A stretch of DNA of 63,041 bases, counting the filler, from Octopus bimaculoides (taxonomy: Eukaryota), in NCBI RefSeq assembly GCF_001194135.2. It is 6 parts of 6 records of this genome, joined end to end, with 100 filler letters (N's around TTAATTAATTAA, not from the genome) between each part and the next. Parts side by side here need not be neighbours in the genome. Positions count along the whole stretch, not along the records: positions 23,238 to 50,166 come from NC_068996.1; positions 50,267 to 55,369 come from NC_069010.1; 4 more parts are not named here. One strand, written 5' to 3'. The number at the start of each line of letters is the position of its first letter. Within the stretch, counting starts at the first letter, position 1. Below the pieces are notes generated by a model, which saw only the letters and a list, made by a program, of their open reading frames with translations, made no database searches and had not been told where the DNA came from. Positions 37,316 to 51,042 of this stretch are shown here, piece by piece. A program made the translations under genes and the position numbers.

Positions 37316-38812
37316 AGTATACATACATACATACATACATACATACATACATACATACGTATGTACGTATGTACGTACATACATACATACGTACGTACGT
37401 ACGTACATACGTACATACGTACATACATACATACATACATACATACATACATACATGTACGTACACACACACAAACATACATGCACAAATGTATATATTA
37501 GCTAAAAAAAAAACGTAGCTTAATTGTATTGTGTTGATATGATTCACTCACTGAAGGGTGTATTGTATCCCACCCAGATAAACAAGTTTGAGTTGCTGTT
37601 GCTCATGTTGTTGTTGGTGGTGGCAATTTAGTTGTTATTGTTGTATTTACTAACCAAAGCATAAAACATCCATTAAAATATTTAGCATTTCAAGCATAAC
37701 ACTCAATATGCATCATTCAACAACTGACAGGTTAAATGAATGGTAATGTCACACCTGGTGCCTCAGCATAGAAGAAACCAAGCCAATGAAGGTGTCTATA
37801 TTGTAGTTGTCTCGACCTGTCCATTGAATCTAGCTTTACTGTCTTACACAGAAAAAAAGGATATGCTGGATAAAGCATATCCTGGGTTCCCAACAAACAA
37901 GGAAAGGATGGGATGGTCATGAGTGGAATGCATTTCATAATAGACCTTCTTGATCAAGGAATAAATAACAGCAATGTAAAAGAAACAATCGAAGGGAGGC
38001 AATGCACTGCAGTGACTCTACTTTACTCACGTAACAACTAAATCCCCCCCCCCTGTCTGCTATCTTTACAATAGACAGTGTGAGGCAGTGATGGTTGTCT
38101 AATATAACAGCCAAATCTCCCTCAACAAACTATCTTTAAAATAGTGATAAATGCATTTTGAACCAGAGACGAAACTTTTATATAATCATCTGTTTCTTAT
38201 TCAAAGTAACAGCAAAATTTCCCCTTCACAATGCCCCTTTTATAATCTTTAACAAAGGGACTACATAATCAATGATGGAACTTATGTGTAGTAATTTTAC
38301 CTATTCGATGTAACAGCCATAACTACATCTCCTTATATATATATATATNNNNNNNNNNNNNNNNNNNNNNNNNNNNNNNNNNNNNNNNNNNNNNNNNNNN
38401 NNNNNNNNNNNNNNNNNNNNNNNNNNNNNNNNNNNNNNNNNNNNNNNNNNNNNNNNNNNNNNNNNNNNNNNNNNNNNNNNNNNNNNNNNNNNNNNNNNNN
38501 NNNNNNNNNNNNNNNNNNNNNNNNNNNNNNNNNNNNNNNNNNNNNNNNNNNNNNNNNNNNNNNNNNNNNNNNNNNNNNNNNNNNNNNNNNNNNNNNNNNN
38601 NNNNNNNNNNNNNNNNNNNNNNNNNNNNNNNNNNNNNNNNNNNNNNNNNNNNNNNNNNNNNNNNNNNNNNNNNNNNNNNNNNNNNNNNNNNNNNNNNNNN
38701 NNNNNNNNNNNNNNNNNNNNNNNNNNNNNNNNNNNNNNNNNNNNNNNNNNNNNNNNNNNNNNNNNNNNNNNNNNNNNNNNNNNNNNNNNNNNNNNNNNNN
38801 NNNNNNNNNNNN

Positions 38813-38850
<38 letters not shown>

Positions 38851-39231
38851 CTTATATGCCCCTTTGTCAGACTATTTTCCTTAGTCATTGCATGGTGATC
38901 ACTATAAGCTTTAAGCTTATATAAAATACCATTATTATTGACAGGATTGTAAATTCAGCGCTGTATAAAAAAAGACCATTTGTACTGAAAGCATATATAT
39001 GTGTATATATATAGGTTATGAGAGGTAATGGTGTCAATAAGACCCAAAGTGTCAGGTAATGCTGAGTAAGTGCTATGGACAGACTATAGTTAAGCTCCTG
39101 GTTCAGTGATTATGCGAATGAGGAGTCCAACGTAGGTCATATATCAACATGTGTATATATATAACAAAAATTTTCAGAATGAGATAAAAATCCAAGGCTG
39201 TGAAAGATTTTAGAACATTTATAAACAGAAG

Positions 39232-39279
39232 GTCTTACAGCTGTTTCCAGGATATTTTATATATCCCTTCATCGGAGAC
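39232..39279 (-). ncRNA. Minimal hammerhead-like motif (U4C core)
   Basis: gtct-CCGAUGA-agggata/tataaaa/tatcct-g-GAAA-cagct-GUA-agac; palindromic helix III ACAGCUGU. Confidence 0.65.
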
Positions 39280-39293
39280 GATTTGAGAAAGTG

Positions 39294-39437
39294 GTTAAGC
39301 AATAGTTATTCTAGATAAGATATGAAATAGAGAGTGAAGTGGAGGAATGAAAATAGACGTGAGATATCTCACGTCTATTTTCATTCCTCCACTTCACTCT
39401 CTATTTCATATCTTATCTAGAATAACTATTGCTTAAC
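39294..39437. repeat. Perfect 144-bp palindrome running into an assembly gap
   Basis: Centred on gagat|atctc (39365/39366); 72-bp arms with no mismatch seen. Confidence 0.9.
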
Positions 39438-40223
39438 NNNNNNNNNNNNNNNNNNNNNNNNNNNNNNNNNNNNNNNNNNNNNNNNNNNNNNNNNNNNNNN
39501 NNNNNNNNNNNNNNNNNNNNNNNNNNNNNNNNNNNNNNNNNNNNNNNNNNNNNNNNNNNNNNNNNNNNNNNNNNNNNNNNNNNNNNNNNNNNNNNNNNNN
39601 NNNNNNNNNNNNNNNNNNNNNNNNNNNNNNNNNNNNNNNNNNNNNNNNNNNNNNNNNNNNNNNNNNNNNNNNNNNNNNNNNNNNNNNNNNNNNNNNNNNN
39701 NNNNNNNNNNNNNNNNNNNNNNNNNNNNNNNNNNNNNNNNNNNNNNNNNNNNNNNNNNNNNNNNNNNNNNNNNNNNNNNNNNNNNNNNNNNNNNNNNNNN
39801 NNNNNNNNNNNNNNNNNNNNNNNNNNNNNNNNNNNNNNNNNNNNNNNNNNNNNNNNNNNNNNNNNNNNNNNNNNNNNNNNNNNNNNNNNNNNNNNNNNNN
39901 NNNNNNNNNNNNNNNNNNNNNNNNNNNNNNNNNNNNNNNNNNNNNNNNNNNNNNNNNNNNNNNNNNNNNNNNNNNNNNNNNNNNNNNNNNNNNNNNNNNN
40001 NNNNNNNNNNNNNNNNNNNNNNNNNNNNNNNNNNNNNNNNNNNNNNNNNNNNNNNNNNNNNNNNNNNNNNNNNNNNNNNNNNNNNNNNNNNNNNNNNNNN
40101 NNNNNNNNNNNNNNNNNNNNNNNNNNNNNNNNNNNNNNNNNNNNNNNNNNNNNNNNNNNNNNNNNNNNNNNNNNNNNNNNNNNNNNNNNNNNNNAGCCAG
40201 TCCAGGGGCACTGGCAACGATCT

Positions 40224-40297
<74 letters not shown>

Positions 40298-41089
40298 TAC
40301 AGGCATTGCTCAAGATTTGTCTGTTCAAATTTCATACACCTCAGTCTTTCAAAATCTCAAGACGTGCAAATCTAAAATGCATAAATTTTGAGGATTGCCT
40401 GATGTGAAAACATTTTCATTCTCTACCCTTATTATAAGTTGCACTATGTAAGCAGACAAAATACATTACTGACTTTAAGCTAGAAGATAGGGGGAAGTCA
40501 TTATATTCAAGAGTCTATTGTACTCAAATGGATACAGTATATCTATTTTTTTCCTTACTTCATAATTAATTAATTCTAATATTTTTATGCTCACCACATC
40601 GAATACGTTATCACTCACTTGACTAGTATTTACACAGTACATTAGTGCTTTTATTTACACCCCCATTATGTTCTGTGTTCAAATGCCACCAAAGTCTGTT
40701 TATCTTTCACATTTTTTGGAGTCAATCAACAACAACAACATCAACATCATCATCATCATCATCATCATCACCATCATCACCATCACCACCACCACCACCA
40801 TCTTTCTATATGCATGTTCTATGTTGACATGGGTTGGATGACTTGACAGGATTCGATGGGCCACAGGATTGCATCATACTCCAGTTTCAGCTTCAGCATG
40901 GATTCTATGGCCGAATGCCCTTCCTAACGCCAATCACTTTACAGTCTACACTGAGTACTTTTGACATTGCACCAGCACTAGTGATGTTGCTGTGCAACTT
41001 GCAAGACCACAAACCCCAAGGACGGTGGGGTGGATTTATACCTGAATTGAGATAATAGTGTGAGAGAAGGGAGTCAGTCAATAACTGAA

Positions 41090-41250
41090 ATATCTTTCTA
41101 TCCAGGATGGGTAAAATTCCAAAGATCCATGGACAAGTTCTCTCCAGCGGTCTTTGTCCCCCATCATTGCTGCCATGTCCTGTGTCTCTCAGAGACCAGT
41201 GTCTATCCTTAGGACATCAACATATGTCATCCTCGGTCTCCCTCTTCTAG
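41090..41250 (-). mobile_element. RTE-like LINE terminal fragment
   Basis: RRGRPRMTYVDVLRIDTGL. Confidence 0.6.
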
Positions 41251-41914
41251 TGTGTCTGTGTATTCAATAATATTAATATATTAGTCATATACTGCAAACC
41301 AATTCAGTCAACAACATCCTTTTCCCAATGAATTTGTTGTATTGTGATATTGCACAATAAGCACAATTGTTTCTTGTTTCTGACATACAGGGTTTTAACC
41401 TCGGGTTTTCATTTTCAATCAAGATGTTCAGTCATAAATCACTTTGCACTGTTGAACAATAAATATGGCTGCTAACACATCAATATTTAAACCTTTTGAT
41501 ACCAACTCACCTGAAACCATTGCTCCTGGTTTTATGTTACAACCTTCTTATTTTATAGTGATCTAAATTAAAACTTCCCATCAAAATTTTATACTAGTTT
41601 ATCTTCCAAACAAAGCTATTTTACAAAATATTGTTCATGCTTTTCAAAATTAGTTGAAGCAATGATAGTATATTTCAATGGAAACACAATAACACAAGGG
41701 TTAAAGTGATCTAAATTAAAACTTTCTCAAAGTAATTTATGTTCTCAAAACCAGCTTTTAATTATGACCAAATTGTTACTAAATTCTTTAGCATTTTCAA
41801 AGTTAACTAAAACAAAGGCAGTAGATTTCAAGAGAAATATAGTAACAAAGAGGTTAACCATTCTAGAGCATGGTGCATGTTTCATTCTGGATTTTATATG
41901 TGTATGTGTGTGTG

Positions 41915-41980
<66 letters not shown>

Positions 41981-42077
41981 TCTGTGTTTATCTAGTTATT
42001 TTTATTTTGGTGAACAATAGCATTTTTAGCTACGGGATTTCATTACTCTAATTTCTGGTTCATATATGTGCACTTAT

Positions 42078-42119
<42 letters not shown>

Positions 42120-42489
42120 ACATATATATACATGCATATAAGTGCATGCACAACTCATACACACATATGCACAAACACACATACACACACACAGTATGGG
42201 TTTCTGCACAGTTTCCCCTCACAAGGTTATCAACTTGCGACTATAATAGAAGACAATTACCCAAGGCCCTACACAGTGAGGCTGAACATAGATGAGCACA
42301 TGATTGCAAAGTAAAAACTCTTAAGCTTACAATCATAATGTTTATTTCATTCAGTATATCTCCTGGTAACATTCATTACATCTAGTTTCAGAACTACTAT
42401 AAATGTTACAAACATGTTTAAGCAATCTTACAATCTATCCCACATTTGTGTCATCATCATCATCATTGTTACCACCACCACCACCACTG

Positions 42490-43480
42490 CCAACACCAAT
42501 GTGCTGTAAACGTTCCACTGGCACGAGTGCCAATCAGGCAGTACTGTCATCGGCTACGTCAACGATTTTGATTTGATTTTCACTTGGGCTGGTTACACCC
42601 ACTGTCATAGGCCACAGGCTATGGTCTCACTTGGCTTGTCAGGTCTTCTCAAGCACAGCATATCTCCAAAAGTTTCGGTCATTAGTCATCGGTAAGGCCA
42701 AATGTTCGAAGGTCATGCTTCACCACCTCATCCCAGGTATTCCTGGGTCTACCTCTTCCACAGGTTCCCTTTACTGCTAGGGTGTGACACTTTTTCACAC
42801 AGCTGTCCTCATCCATACGCAACATATGACCATACAAGCGCAGTCGTCTCTCTTGCACACCACATCTGATACTTCTTAAATCCAACTTTTCTCTCAGGGC
42901 ATTTACACTCAGACATTACACTGACATTACACATCCAGCGGAATATACTGGCTTCATTCCTTGCAAGCTTATGCATGTCCTCAGCAGTCACGGCCCATGT
43001 TTTACTGCCATGTAGCATGACTGTTTGTACACATGCGTCATACAGTCTACCTTTTACTCTGAGCGAGAAGCCTTTTCTCACCAGCAGAGGTAGGAGTTCT
43101 CTCAATTTTGCCCAGGCTGTTCTTATTCTAGTAGCTACACTTACAGAGCATCCACTTCTGCTACTGATTTGGTCACCTAGATAATGGAAGCTATCAACTG
43201 CTTGTAGTTTTTCTCCTTGGAATGTGACAGAAGCTGTTCTCTGCACATTTTCAGTGTTTATAGCACATGAGCATTTGCCACATACAAAAAATATCTTCCC
43301 AGTTAGCCTTCCTTTGATATTGCTGCACCTCTGATGTGTCCATAGCTTACACTAGTTACATCTTATGGAGTTTCAACCTACGCCTTTTCTACAGATTCAG
43401 CAGGGCCATCTACCTGAAGGGATTTGTGGTTTGTCTGCCTTTCTACTTATTAAGACTTTGGCTTTAGCTAAGTTGACTCT
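42490..43480 (-). mobile_element. RTE LINE ORF2 C-terminal ~1 kb with Cys/His finger
   Basis: VNLAKAKVL...WPC*ICRKGVG*NSIRCN*CKLWTHQRCS...C..C; VDSFHYLGD; YDACVQTVMLHGSKTW; RRLRLYGHMLRM; GRGRPRNTWDEVV. Confidence 0.92.
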
Positions 43481-44543
43481 ATATATATAAATATATATAT
43501 AGAGTATTATATATATAAATATATATAAGTATATATATAGAGTATTATATATATATATAAATATATGTGTNNNNNNNNNNNNNNNNNNNNNNNNNNNNNN
43601 NNNNNNNNNNNNNNNNNNNNNNNNNNNNNNNNNNNNNNNNNNNNNNNNNNNNNNNNNNNNNNNNNNNNNNNNNNNNNNNNNNNNNNNNNNNNNNNNNNNN
43701 NNNNNNNNNNNNNNNNNNNNNNNNNNNNNNNNNNNNNNNNNNNNNNNNNNNNNNNNNNNNNNNNNNNNNNNNNNNNNNNNNNNNNNNNNNNNNNNNNNNN
43801 NNNNNNNNNNNNNNNNNNNNNNNNNNNNNNNNNNNNNNNNNNNNNNNNNNNNNNNNNNNNNNNNNNNNNNNNNNNNNNNNNNNNNNNNNNNNNNNNNNNN
43901 NNNNNNNNNNNNNNNNNNNNNNNNNNNNNNNNNNNNNNNNNNNNNNNNNNNNNNNNNNNNNNNNNNNNNNNNNNNNNNNNNNNNNNNNNNNNNNNNNNNN
44001 NNNNNNNNNNNNNNNNNNNNNNNNNNNNNNNNNNNNNNNNNNNNNNNNNNNNNNNNNNNNNNNNNNNNNNNNNNNNNNNNNNNNNNNNNNNNNNNNNNNN
44101 NNNNNNNNNNNNNNNNNNNNNNNNNNNNNNNNNNNNNNNNNNNNNNNNNNNNNNNNNNNNNNNNNNNNNNNNNNNNNNNNNNNNNNNNNNNNNNNNNNNN
44201 NNNNNNNNNNNNNNNNNNNNNNNNNNNNNNNNNNNNNNNNNNNNNNNNNNNNNNNNNNNNNNNNNNNNNNNNNNNNNNNNNNNNNNNNNNNNNNNNNNNN
44301 NNNNNNNNNNNNNNNNNNNNNNNNNNNNNNNNNNNNNNNNNNNNNNNNNNNNNNNNNNNNNNNNNNNNNNNNNNNNNNNNNNNNNNNNNNNNNNNNNNNN
44401 NNNNNNNNNNNNNNNNNNNNNNNNNNNNNNNNNNNNNNNNNNNNNNNNNNNNNNNNNNNNNNATATATATATATAGTATCATATAATAATAATAACATAT
44501 ATATATGCATATATACATACGTATATGTACATACATCTATATG

Positions 44544-44600
<57 letters not shown>

Positions 44601-44831
44601 ATATGTGCACACAGGACATCATGAAACATGTTCAACAAATAAGTACGAAGCATGAGTACATCATAGAACATGAACTATTCTTTCGAACAACAAAAGACAC
44701 AAATGGAAGACAAAACAAACAACATAAAGAACGACCCTTCATCAGTTGTTGGCTGTTTTACTAGTCTCGCATTTCAAGCATTTAACAACAAAATATATAT
44801 ATATATAGTATCATATATATATATATATATA

Positions 44832-45738
44832 CAGGGTGTTTCAAAAGTCTATGTCACATTCTAAGAACTCTTATATCATGAACCACAAATGGTAGCAGGA
44901 TTGAACTTGTACCATTTAAAAGCTAAAAGTGTCAAATTTTCTTCTGTTAATTTTAATTTAATCTAATTTTGTTTTTTTGTCTCTTCAGATCAAGTAATAT
45001 CATTCATAAAACAAGAAAAGTTATTTTGCAACCTAGAATATGCTAAAACTGAATCATGGACATATGTCTCAAAGCAAATTTCATACAGCGTTTATCAGAC
45101 ATTCCATTTTGAATTGGTATGCAAAATTTAAGAAGGAGCAGTGTTTGTGCCCAACAAAGAGAACAGGAAGTCCCTGTGCAAAATTCATGGCAAACAGGTT
45201 CATCAGTGTCCTTCAACTGTTGAACCAATTGCAGCTTGTATGGTGTGAACTGCAGCCGTCTCCTTAAGATGCCCCAAACAGTTGTTGATGGGATCTAAAG
45301 TTCTCAACCGGCTATTTTGACTGATTTCTGGGGGCTGTACTGGAAGGCTTGCCGAACTTGTTGTACCATATCATCTGAAGTTGAGGGGCATCCTGTTCTC
45401 TTTGCTGGGCACAAACACCCCACCTCCTTAAATTTTGTGTGCCAATTCAAAATGGAACGTCTGTCTGGTGCCTGCTTGGTAAACATTGTATGACATTTGC
45501 ATTGAACACGTGTCCATGATTCAGTTATAGCATACTAGGATACAAAATGACATCATTTGATCTGAAAAGAGACAAAAAACAAAATTTAATTTAATTTAAT
45601 TAATTAAATTTAAATTAAATTAACAGAAGAAAACTTGACACTTTTAGCTTTTAAATGGTACCAGTTTAATCATGCTACCATTTGTGGTTCATGATATAAC
45701 AGTTCTCAGAATATGACATAGAGTTTTGAAACACCCTC
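44832..45738. mobile_element. Palindromic Tc1/mariner-type element built from two 5' ends
   Basis: TA-flanked cagggtgtttcaaaa / ttttgaaacaccctc ends; ~340-bp inverted arms, each encoding an HTH segment (SILNW..KFK..GCLCP.KRTG.P). Confidence 0.88.
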
Positions 45739-46384
45739 TATATATATAACAATAAAGGTGGTTAGCAGCAATTTAAAACCAACAAGGAAATAATTTACCA
45801 TCACTAAGAGTGACAATGGTGCAGTGAGCACCAGCATTGCTAGAAATAGGAGTCATAAACTCCTTAACCACAAAAGCAAATAGTCTCTTTGTATTGACAG
45901 GAAAGAAAACCCTCCCCACTCTGAACAAGATGCATTAAGTTAGCATGCTAATTTCGTATAAAAAATTAATACTCATCTATAATGCTCACTCCATCACAGC
46001 TGGTAGAGGCCAACTCACCCTATCAATATTATGGAGAATGTCACTGGAATCAGTGACTGATGTCACAAAATGGCAGTGTGAAAATTATAAAATAATCAAA
46101 GAGGCTAGCAGTAATTGAAAACCAACAAGGAAATTGTGATACAGAGTAGCTGTGTATCACTACTAATCATATGCAAGTGAGAAAGGTGAGAGACAGGTAA
46201 GAGAGGTGTCTATGTAAGCACAGACACCACCTATCAGGGTGACATAAAATAGTAAGTGTAGCCTGTACCAGTGAGATGGGCTGGTGATTGGTGTCTGAGA
46301 AGAATAGGATGCATGGCTTGTGTGTGAGTACAAGACATTGAGTGAGATCTAGATTGGAATGAATATATTCATGTAAAAAGCACC

Positions 46385-46686
46385 TCTCAAGCATTGGGCC
46401 TCACAGAAGCAATGACAAGTGACAGAGACCTTTGGCAATATACTGTACTTGAGAAGAAGACCCATCAATCCAAGTGAAATCATTGTCGTAAAAGATACTT
46501 GCGTCATGCAAAAGCAGCCATTGCACTCTCAGAATGATTGGCGTTAGGAAGGGCATGTAGCAGTAGAAATCACAGCAAATCAGACTGGAGTCTGATGCAG
46601 CCTCTCAGCTTACCAGCCCTGGTCAAACCATTCAACCCATGCCAACATGGACATCAGACATTAAATGATAATGATGATGATGATGA

Positions 46687-46690
<4 letters not shown>
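46385..46690 (+). mobile_element. RTE 3' end/UTR with (GAT)n tail
   Basis: ttgggcctcacagaagcaatgacaagtgac...aatgatgatgatgatgat. Confidence 0.8.
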
Positions 46691-46742
<52 letters not shown>

Positions 46743-46825
46743 TTCATTTATATTGTATCTATCTATCTATCTATATACATATACATAGAGATGTATACAT
46801 ACGTTTGTATACGTATGTGTGTGTG

Positions 46826-47296
46826 TACTAGGTGCGTTCAAATAGTATAAGATTATTTTTTCCCGACAAAACTAATATCACGTGGGCAACATCATTTTGG
46901 GATGCGGTGACGCACCCGTCTAGTGTATGCCTGAAAACTTTCACACCCGTAAACTGCGTCAGTTCCTTGCTGTTGCACCTAGGGTACAGATATGTAGTGC
47001 ACATTCGTTGAATTTTCGTTTTCACCGAACACATCGAGCAGAAATATATTGGCATCAAGTTTAGCGAAAAGCTTGGTGATACTCAATCTCACACCATACA
47101 CAAGATTCAGCAGGCCTTTGGTGATGATACCATGGGCATCAAGGTGTGGTACGACCACTTCAAACTTGGCCACACTTAAGTGATGAATGAGGCACACTCA
47201 TGCAGGCCACCCACATGTCAAAATGAAGAGCTGATTGAGAAGATTCACTGAATATTCAATACAGAGCAACACATAACAATTCAGGAAATTGTTTAT
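46826..47296 (+). mobile_element. Mariner 5' end with HTH remnant
   Basis: TEHIEQKYIGIKFSEKLG...KIQQAFGDDTMG..KVWYDHFK; TA-adjacent end. Confidence 0.8.
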
Positions 47297-49139
47297 NNNN
47301 NNNNNNNNNNNNNNNNNNNNNNNNNNNNNNNNNNNNNNNNNNNNNNNNNNNNNNNNNNNNNNNNNNNNNNNNNNNNNNNNNNNNNNNNNNNNNNNNNNNN
47401 NNNNNNNNNNNNNNNNNNNNNNNNNNNNNNNNNNNNNNNNNNNNNNNNNNNNNNNNNNNNNNNNNNNNNNNNNNNNNNNNNNNNNNNNNNNNNNNNNNNN
47501 NNNNNNNNNNNNNNNNNNNNNNNNNNNNNNNNNNNNNNNNNNNNNNNNNNNNNNNNNNNNNNNNNNNNNNNNNNNNNNNNNNNNNNNNNNNNNNNNNNNN
47601 NNNNNNNNNNNNNNNNNNNNNNNNNNNNNNNNNNNNNNNNNNNNNNNNNNNNNNNNNNNNNNNNNNNNNNNNNNNNNNNNNNNNNNNNNNNNNNNNNNNN
47701 NNNNNNNNNNNNNNNNNNNNNNNNNNNNNNNNNNNNNNNNNNNNNNNNNNNNNNNNNNNNNNNNNNNNNNNNNNNNNNNNNNNNNNNNNNNNNNNNNNNN
47801 NNNNNNNNNNNNNNNNNNNNNNNNNNNNNNNNNATTTAGGCTCCTATTAAAAGACCAACCTAAATATAGTTCCTTAAACAGAAGGATATCCCACACAAAA
47901 TGCTTAATGGCATTTCTTCCGTATCATAACGTTTTCAGAACAAATCACGCTAAGGTTAATTTTACCTCTCATCCTTTCGTGGTCCCTAAGTATCAACTGA
48001 GTAAATTGATTTAATCGATGAACCTTCTTCCCCAAATTTCAAGCCTTCTGCTGATATTAGAAAAAATTATTATTATCATTATCATCATATAGATTATTGT
48101 CTTTCATCTCTAGATTCGTTTAAGCGAGTTTTGTTATGCATAAGTCATTTCTCATTTAAAAGAAAAAGTAAATATCTGAAAGGATACAATTAACTGTTTT
48201 CAGTTTTGTTTGGATGAATGTTGAATTATATTAAAGGAAAACTAAAATGAATGTTAGGTACTCGAGGTAAAACGTTGGTTGTATGATGAAATGAAACGAC
48301 AGGTAAGAAATTACAAGTTTTTCTAATTAACTTCATTCATAATTGTCATTACATTTTATAATATTTAACACATGCAATTTCAAAGGGTAGTGTTTGGGAC
48401 TTGGAAAACCCTATCTGATAATGAAGGAAATCGGAAAACCCCGCCGTCTTTCTATAGTTTTACGTTGGTATCCCATATTATCTTTATCTCATGGTGCCAA
48501 AGGGCACAACTAAAAGTTTGGAATTGCTAAAAGTGGAACACTTTTGGGGAAAACCGTTACTTCAACAGAAAATCCGTATAAGATCGAGTATATCTTACAA
48601 TTGATAATATATTTAATGTTTTTCTTCGAAATATAATATTATAATCGTTTAATAAAATCGCATTGTCAATAAGAACTTTATTGTAAATTTGGAGTTTGGT
48701 ATTAAACACTCTCCAACAGGAAATTATGCTAAAATTTATATTATAATAATTACATTAGNNNNNNNNNNNNNNNNNNNNNNNNNNNNNNNNNNNNNNNNNN
48801 NNNNNNNNNNNNNNNNNNNNNNNNNNNNNNNNNNNNNNNNNNNNNNNNNNNNNNNNNNATATCACTGTTCTCTTCAGTGCAAGAAGTATAAACAGAAAAT
48901 CTTTTTTTACAAAGGACTTGGTAAAGGAAATAACAGAGTATAATTTCGGATATTCATATTTATCCTTATAAGAAAGTTTTTCCACAAGTATCATTTTCAT
49001 ATTTGCAAACTTACGCCAGTAAGCTACCAGCAAAATATGAAGAATCTATATTAGAAATCTTTTTTGGAATCCTCCAAATTAAAGGATAAAAATATAATTC
49101 AATGTTTTTACATATATATATANNNNNNNNNNATATATA

Positions 49140-50023
49140 TACGAGGAGGTACCCCAAAGTAATCAGAAACGTTCTCTGTTGGACAAGAACATTATAGTTC
49201 AGGCTTCCACCACTAGTAGCCACTTGATGCAAACCTCAAGCATCAGTCTGCTGAACAGCAGCATTGAGTGGGGTCGTGCTATCCTGCTTTGCAGTGTTTC
49301 TCCCATGTTTGTGATTTTTGCGATTGCTGAAACAAAGGAACAGCGTGCTTCCATGAAATTCTGTTTTCTGCTGGGGAAAACGGCAACCAAACAGTTATCA
49401 TTCATGCTTCAAACAGCTTATGAGGACACTGCTATGAGCAAAACACAAGTTTACCAGTGGTTTTCACGCTTTAGGAATGGTCACTTGCTACATGAAGATC
49501 AGCCTCATGGCAGGGCAACCGTCAACCTCCTGAACAAATGAAAACATTCATGAACTGATCTTGGAGGACCACCACCAAACAACTGATGAACTTGTTGATA
49601 TGACTGGTGTGTCCTGGAGCTTTTGCCAACGAATTTAGAGTGAGGAACTGTGAATGAAAAGAGTTGCAGCAAAATTTGTGTCTCGCTTGTTCACAGAAGA
49701 TTAAAAGCAGTCACAACTGAATGTGTGTCTTGAACTGAAAAAACGGCTGGAAGTTGATCCAGACCTTTTTTTGAAGGTCATCATTGGTGATAAAAGCTGG
49801 TGCTATGGAATTTGCAGATGTGGAAGAGGTGAAGAACAAAATGATAGAGCTATTAATAGGCATCGTTTCGCAAGAGTTCCAGCACTGCTTTGCAAAGTGG
49901 ATAATGCTTCTGAACTGATGTATTGCTTCAAATGGAGATTACCTTCAAGGCAATAAAAGTGTAAACTAAGTGAATAAAATAACATTGCAAAATTCTGGCT
50001 TCTTTTGGGTATCTCCTCATGTA
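49140..50023 (+). mobile_element. Internally deleted mariner element with both TIRs
   Basis: tacgaggaggtacccca...tgggtatctcctcatgta ends; EQRASMKFCFLLGKTAT...MSKTQVYQWFSRFRNG; KVIIGDKSWCYG. Confidence 0.9.
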
Positions 50024-50267
50024 TGTGTGTGTGTGTGTGTGCATGTGTGTGTACACACACACAGTCATTATGTGAGGTTTACAGATGCTCAATATAGAAA
50101 ACATGTACTAGTTCTCAAATGATTTGAACTTAATCTCCAAAGTCTTAATTGAGGGCTCAGTCCATGNNNNNNNNNNNNNNNNNNNNNNNNNNNNNNNNNN
50201 NNNNNNNNNNTTAATTAATTAANNNNNNNNNNNNNNNNNNNNNNNNNNNNNNNNNNNNNNNNNNNNC

Positions 50268-50730
50268 TGAATTTCTCAATTCGTTGGAGCCTCCTGGACT
50301 ACCTCCCCACATATTACACTTAAAGTTGGAACGCCTGTTATGCTACTCCTCAATCTGGAACTACCAAGACTTTGCAATGGAACATGACTCGTGATAAAGA
50401 AGATGATGTAACACGTTATCGAGGCTACCATTCTTTCTGGATGTGGAAAAAGTGATGACGTCTTTATTCCAAGAATTCCTCTTACTCCATCAGGAGCAGA
50501 CATTCCTTTTACATTCAGAAGTCTACAATTCCCCCTTCGTGTGACTTTTGCCATATCCATAAACAAATCTCAGGGTCAAACACTGTCTGTAGCTGGTCTT
50601 CTTACATGGACAACTGTATGTTGGCTGCTTAAGAGTGAGCAGGAAAAAAAACCTATTTGCATATGCTCCACAAGGAAAAACGGAACATTGTTTACAACGA
50701 GGTGTTATAATCACAACAGCCAGGAAGTAT
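50268..50730 (+). mobile_element. Helitron PIF1-like helicase C-terminal fragment
   Basis: [27 protein letters not shown].NL...LCNGT...FIPRIPL...QFPLRVTFAISINKSQGQTL. Confidence 0.92.
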
Positions 50731-50916
50731 GTAGATGATCACCTTTTTTTTTTACCAAACTTCCTGTACTTTCATGTATTTATATTGATATACATATGTA
50801 TCTGTGTGTGTGTAATATCAATATAAATATATATATATATGTTGTTGTACTTGGGGATGGTCATGTTGCCAGTTTAGCCAATAAAAACACGCGCACTGTA
50901 TATTTGGTGTTAATTT

Positions 50917-50957
<41 letters not shown>

Positions 50958-50997
50958 CAGCTTTATATTACATTAATCTTAATCTTAATCTTATTTC

Positions 50998-51042
50998 GGC
51001 CAGAGTTCTTTCGTCACACTTCTGTGACCTCATCAGTGGTCC
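50998..51042 (-). ncRNA. Minimal hammerhead-like motif at start of a PLE pseudo-LTR-like repeat
   Basis: ggacca-CUGAUGA-g-gtcac/agaagt/gtgac-GAAA-gaa-CUC-tggcc. Confidence 0.6.
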
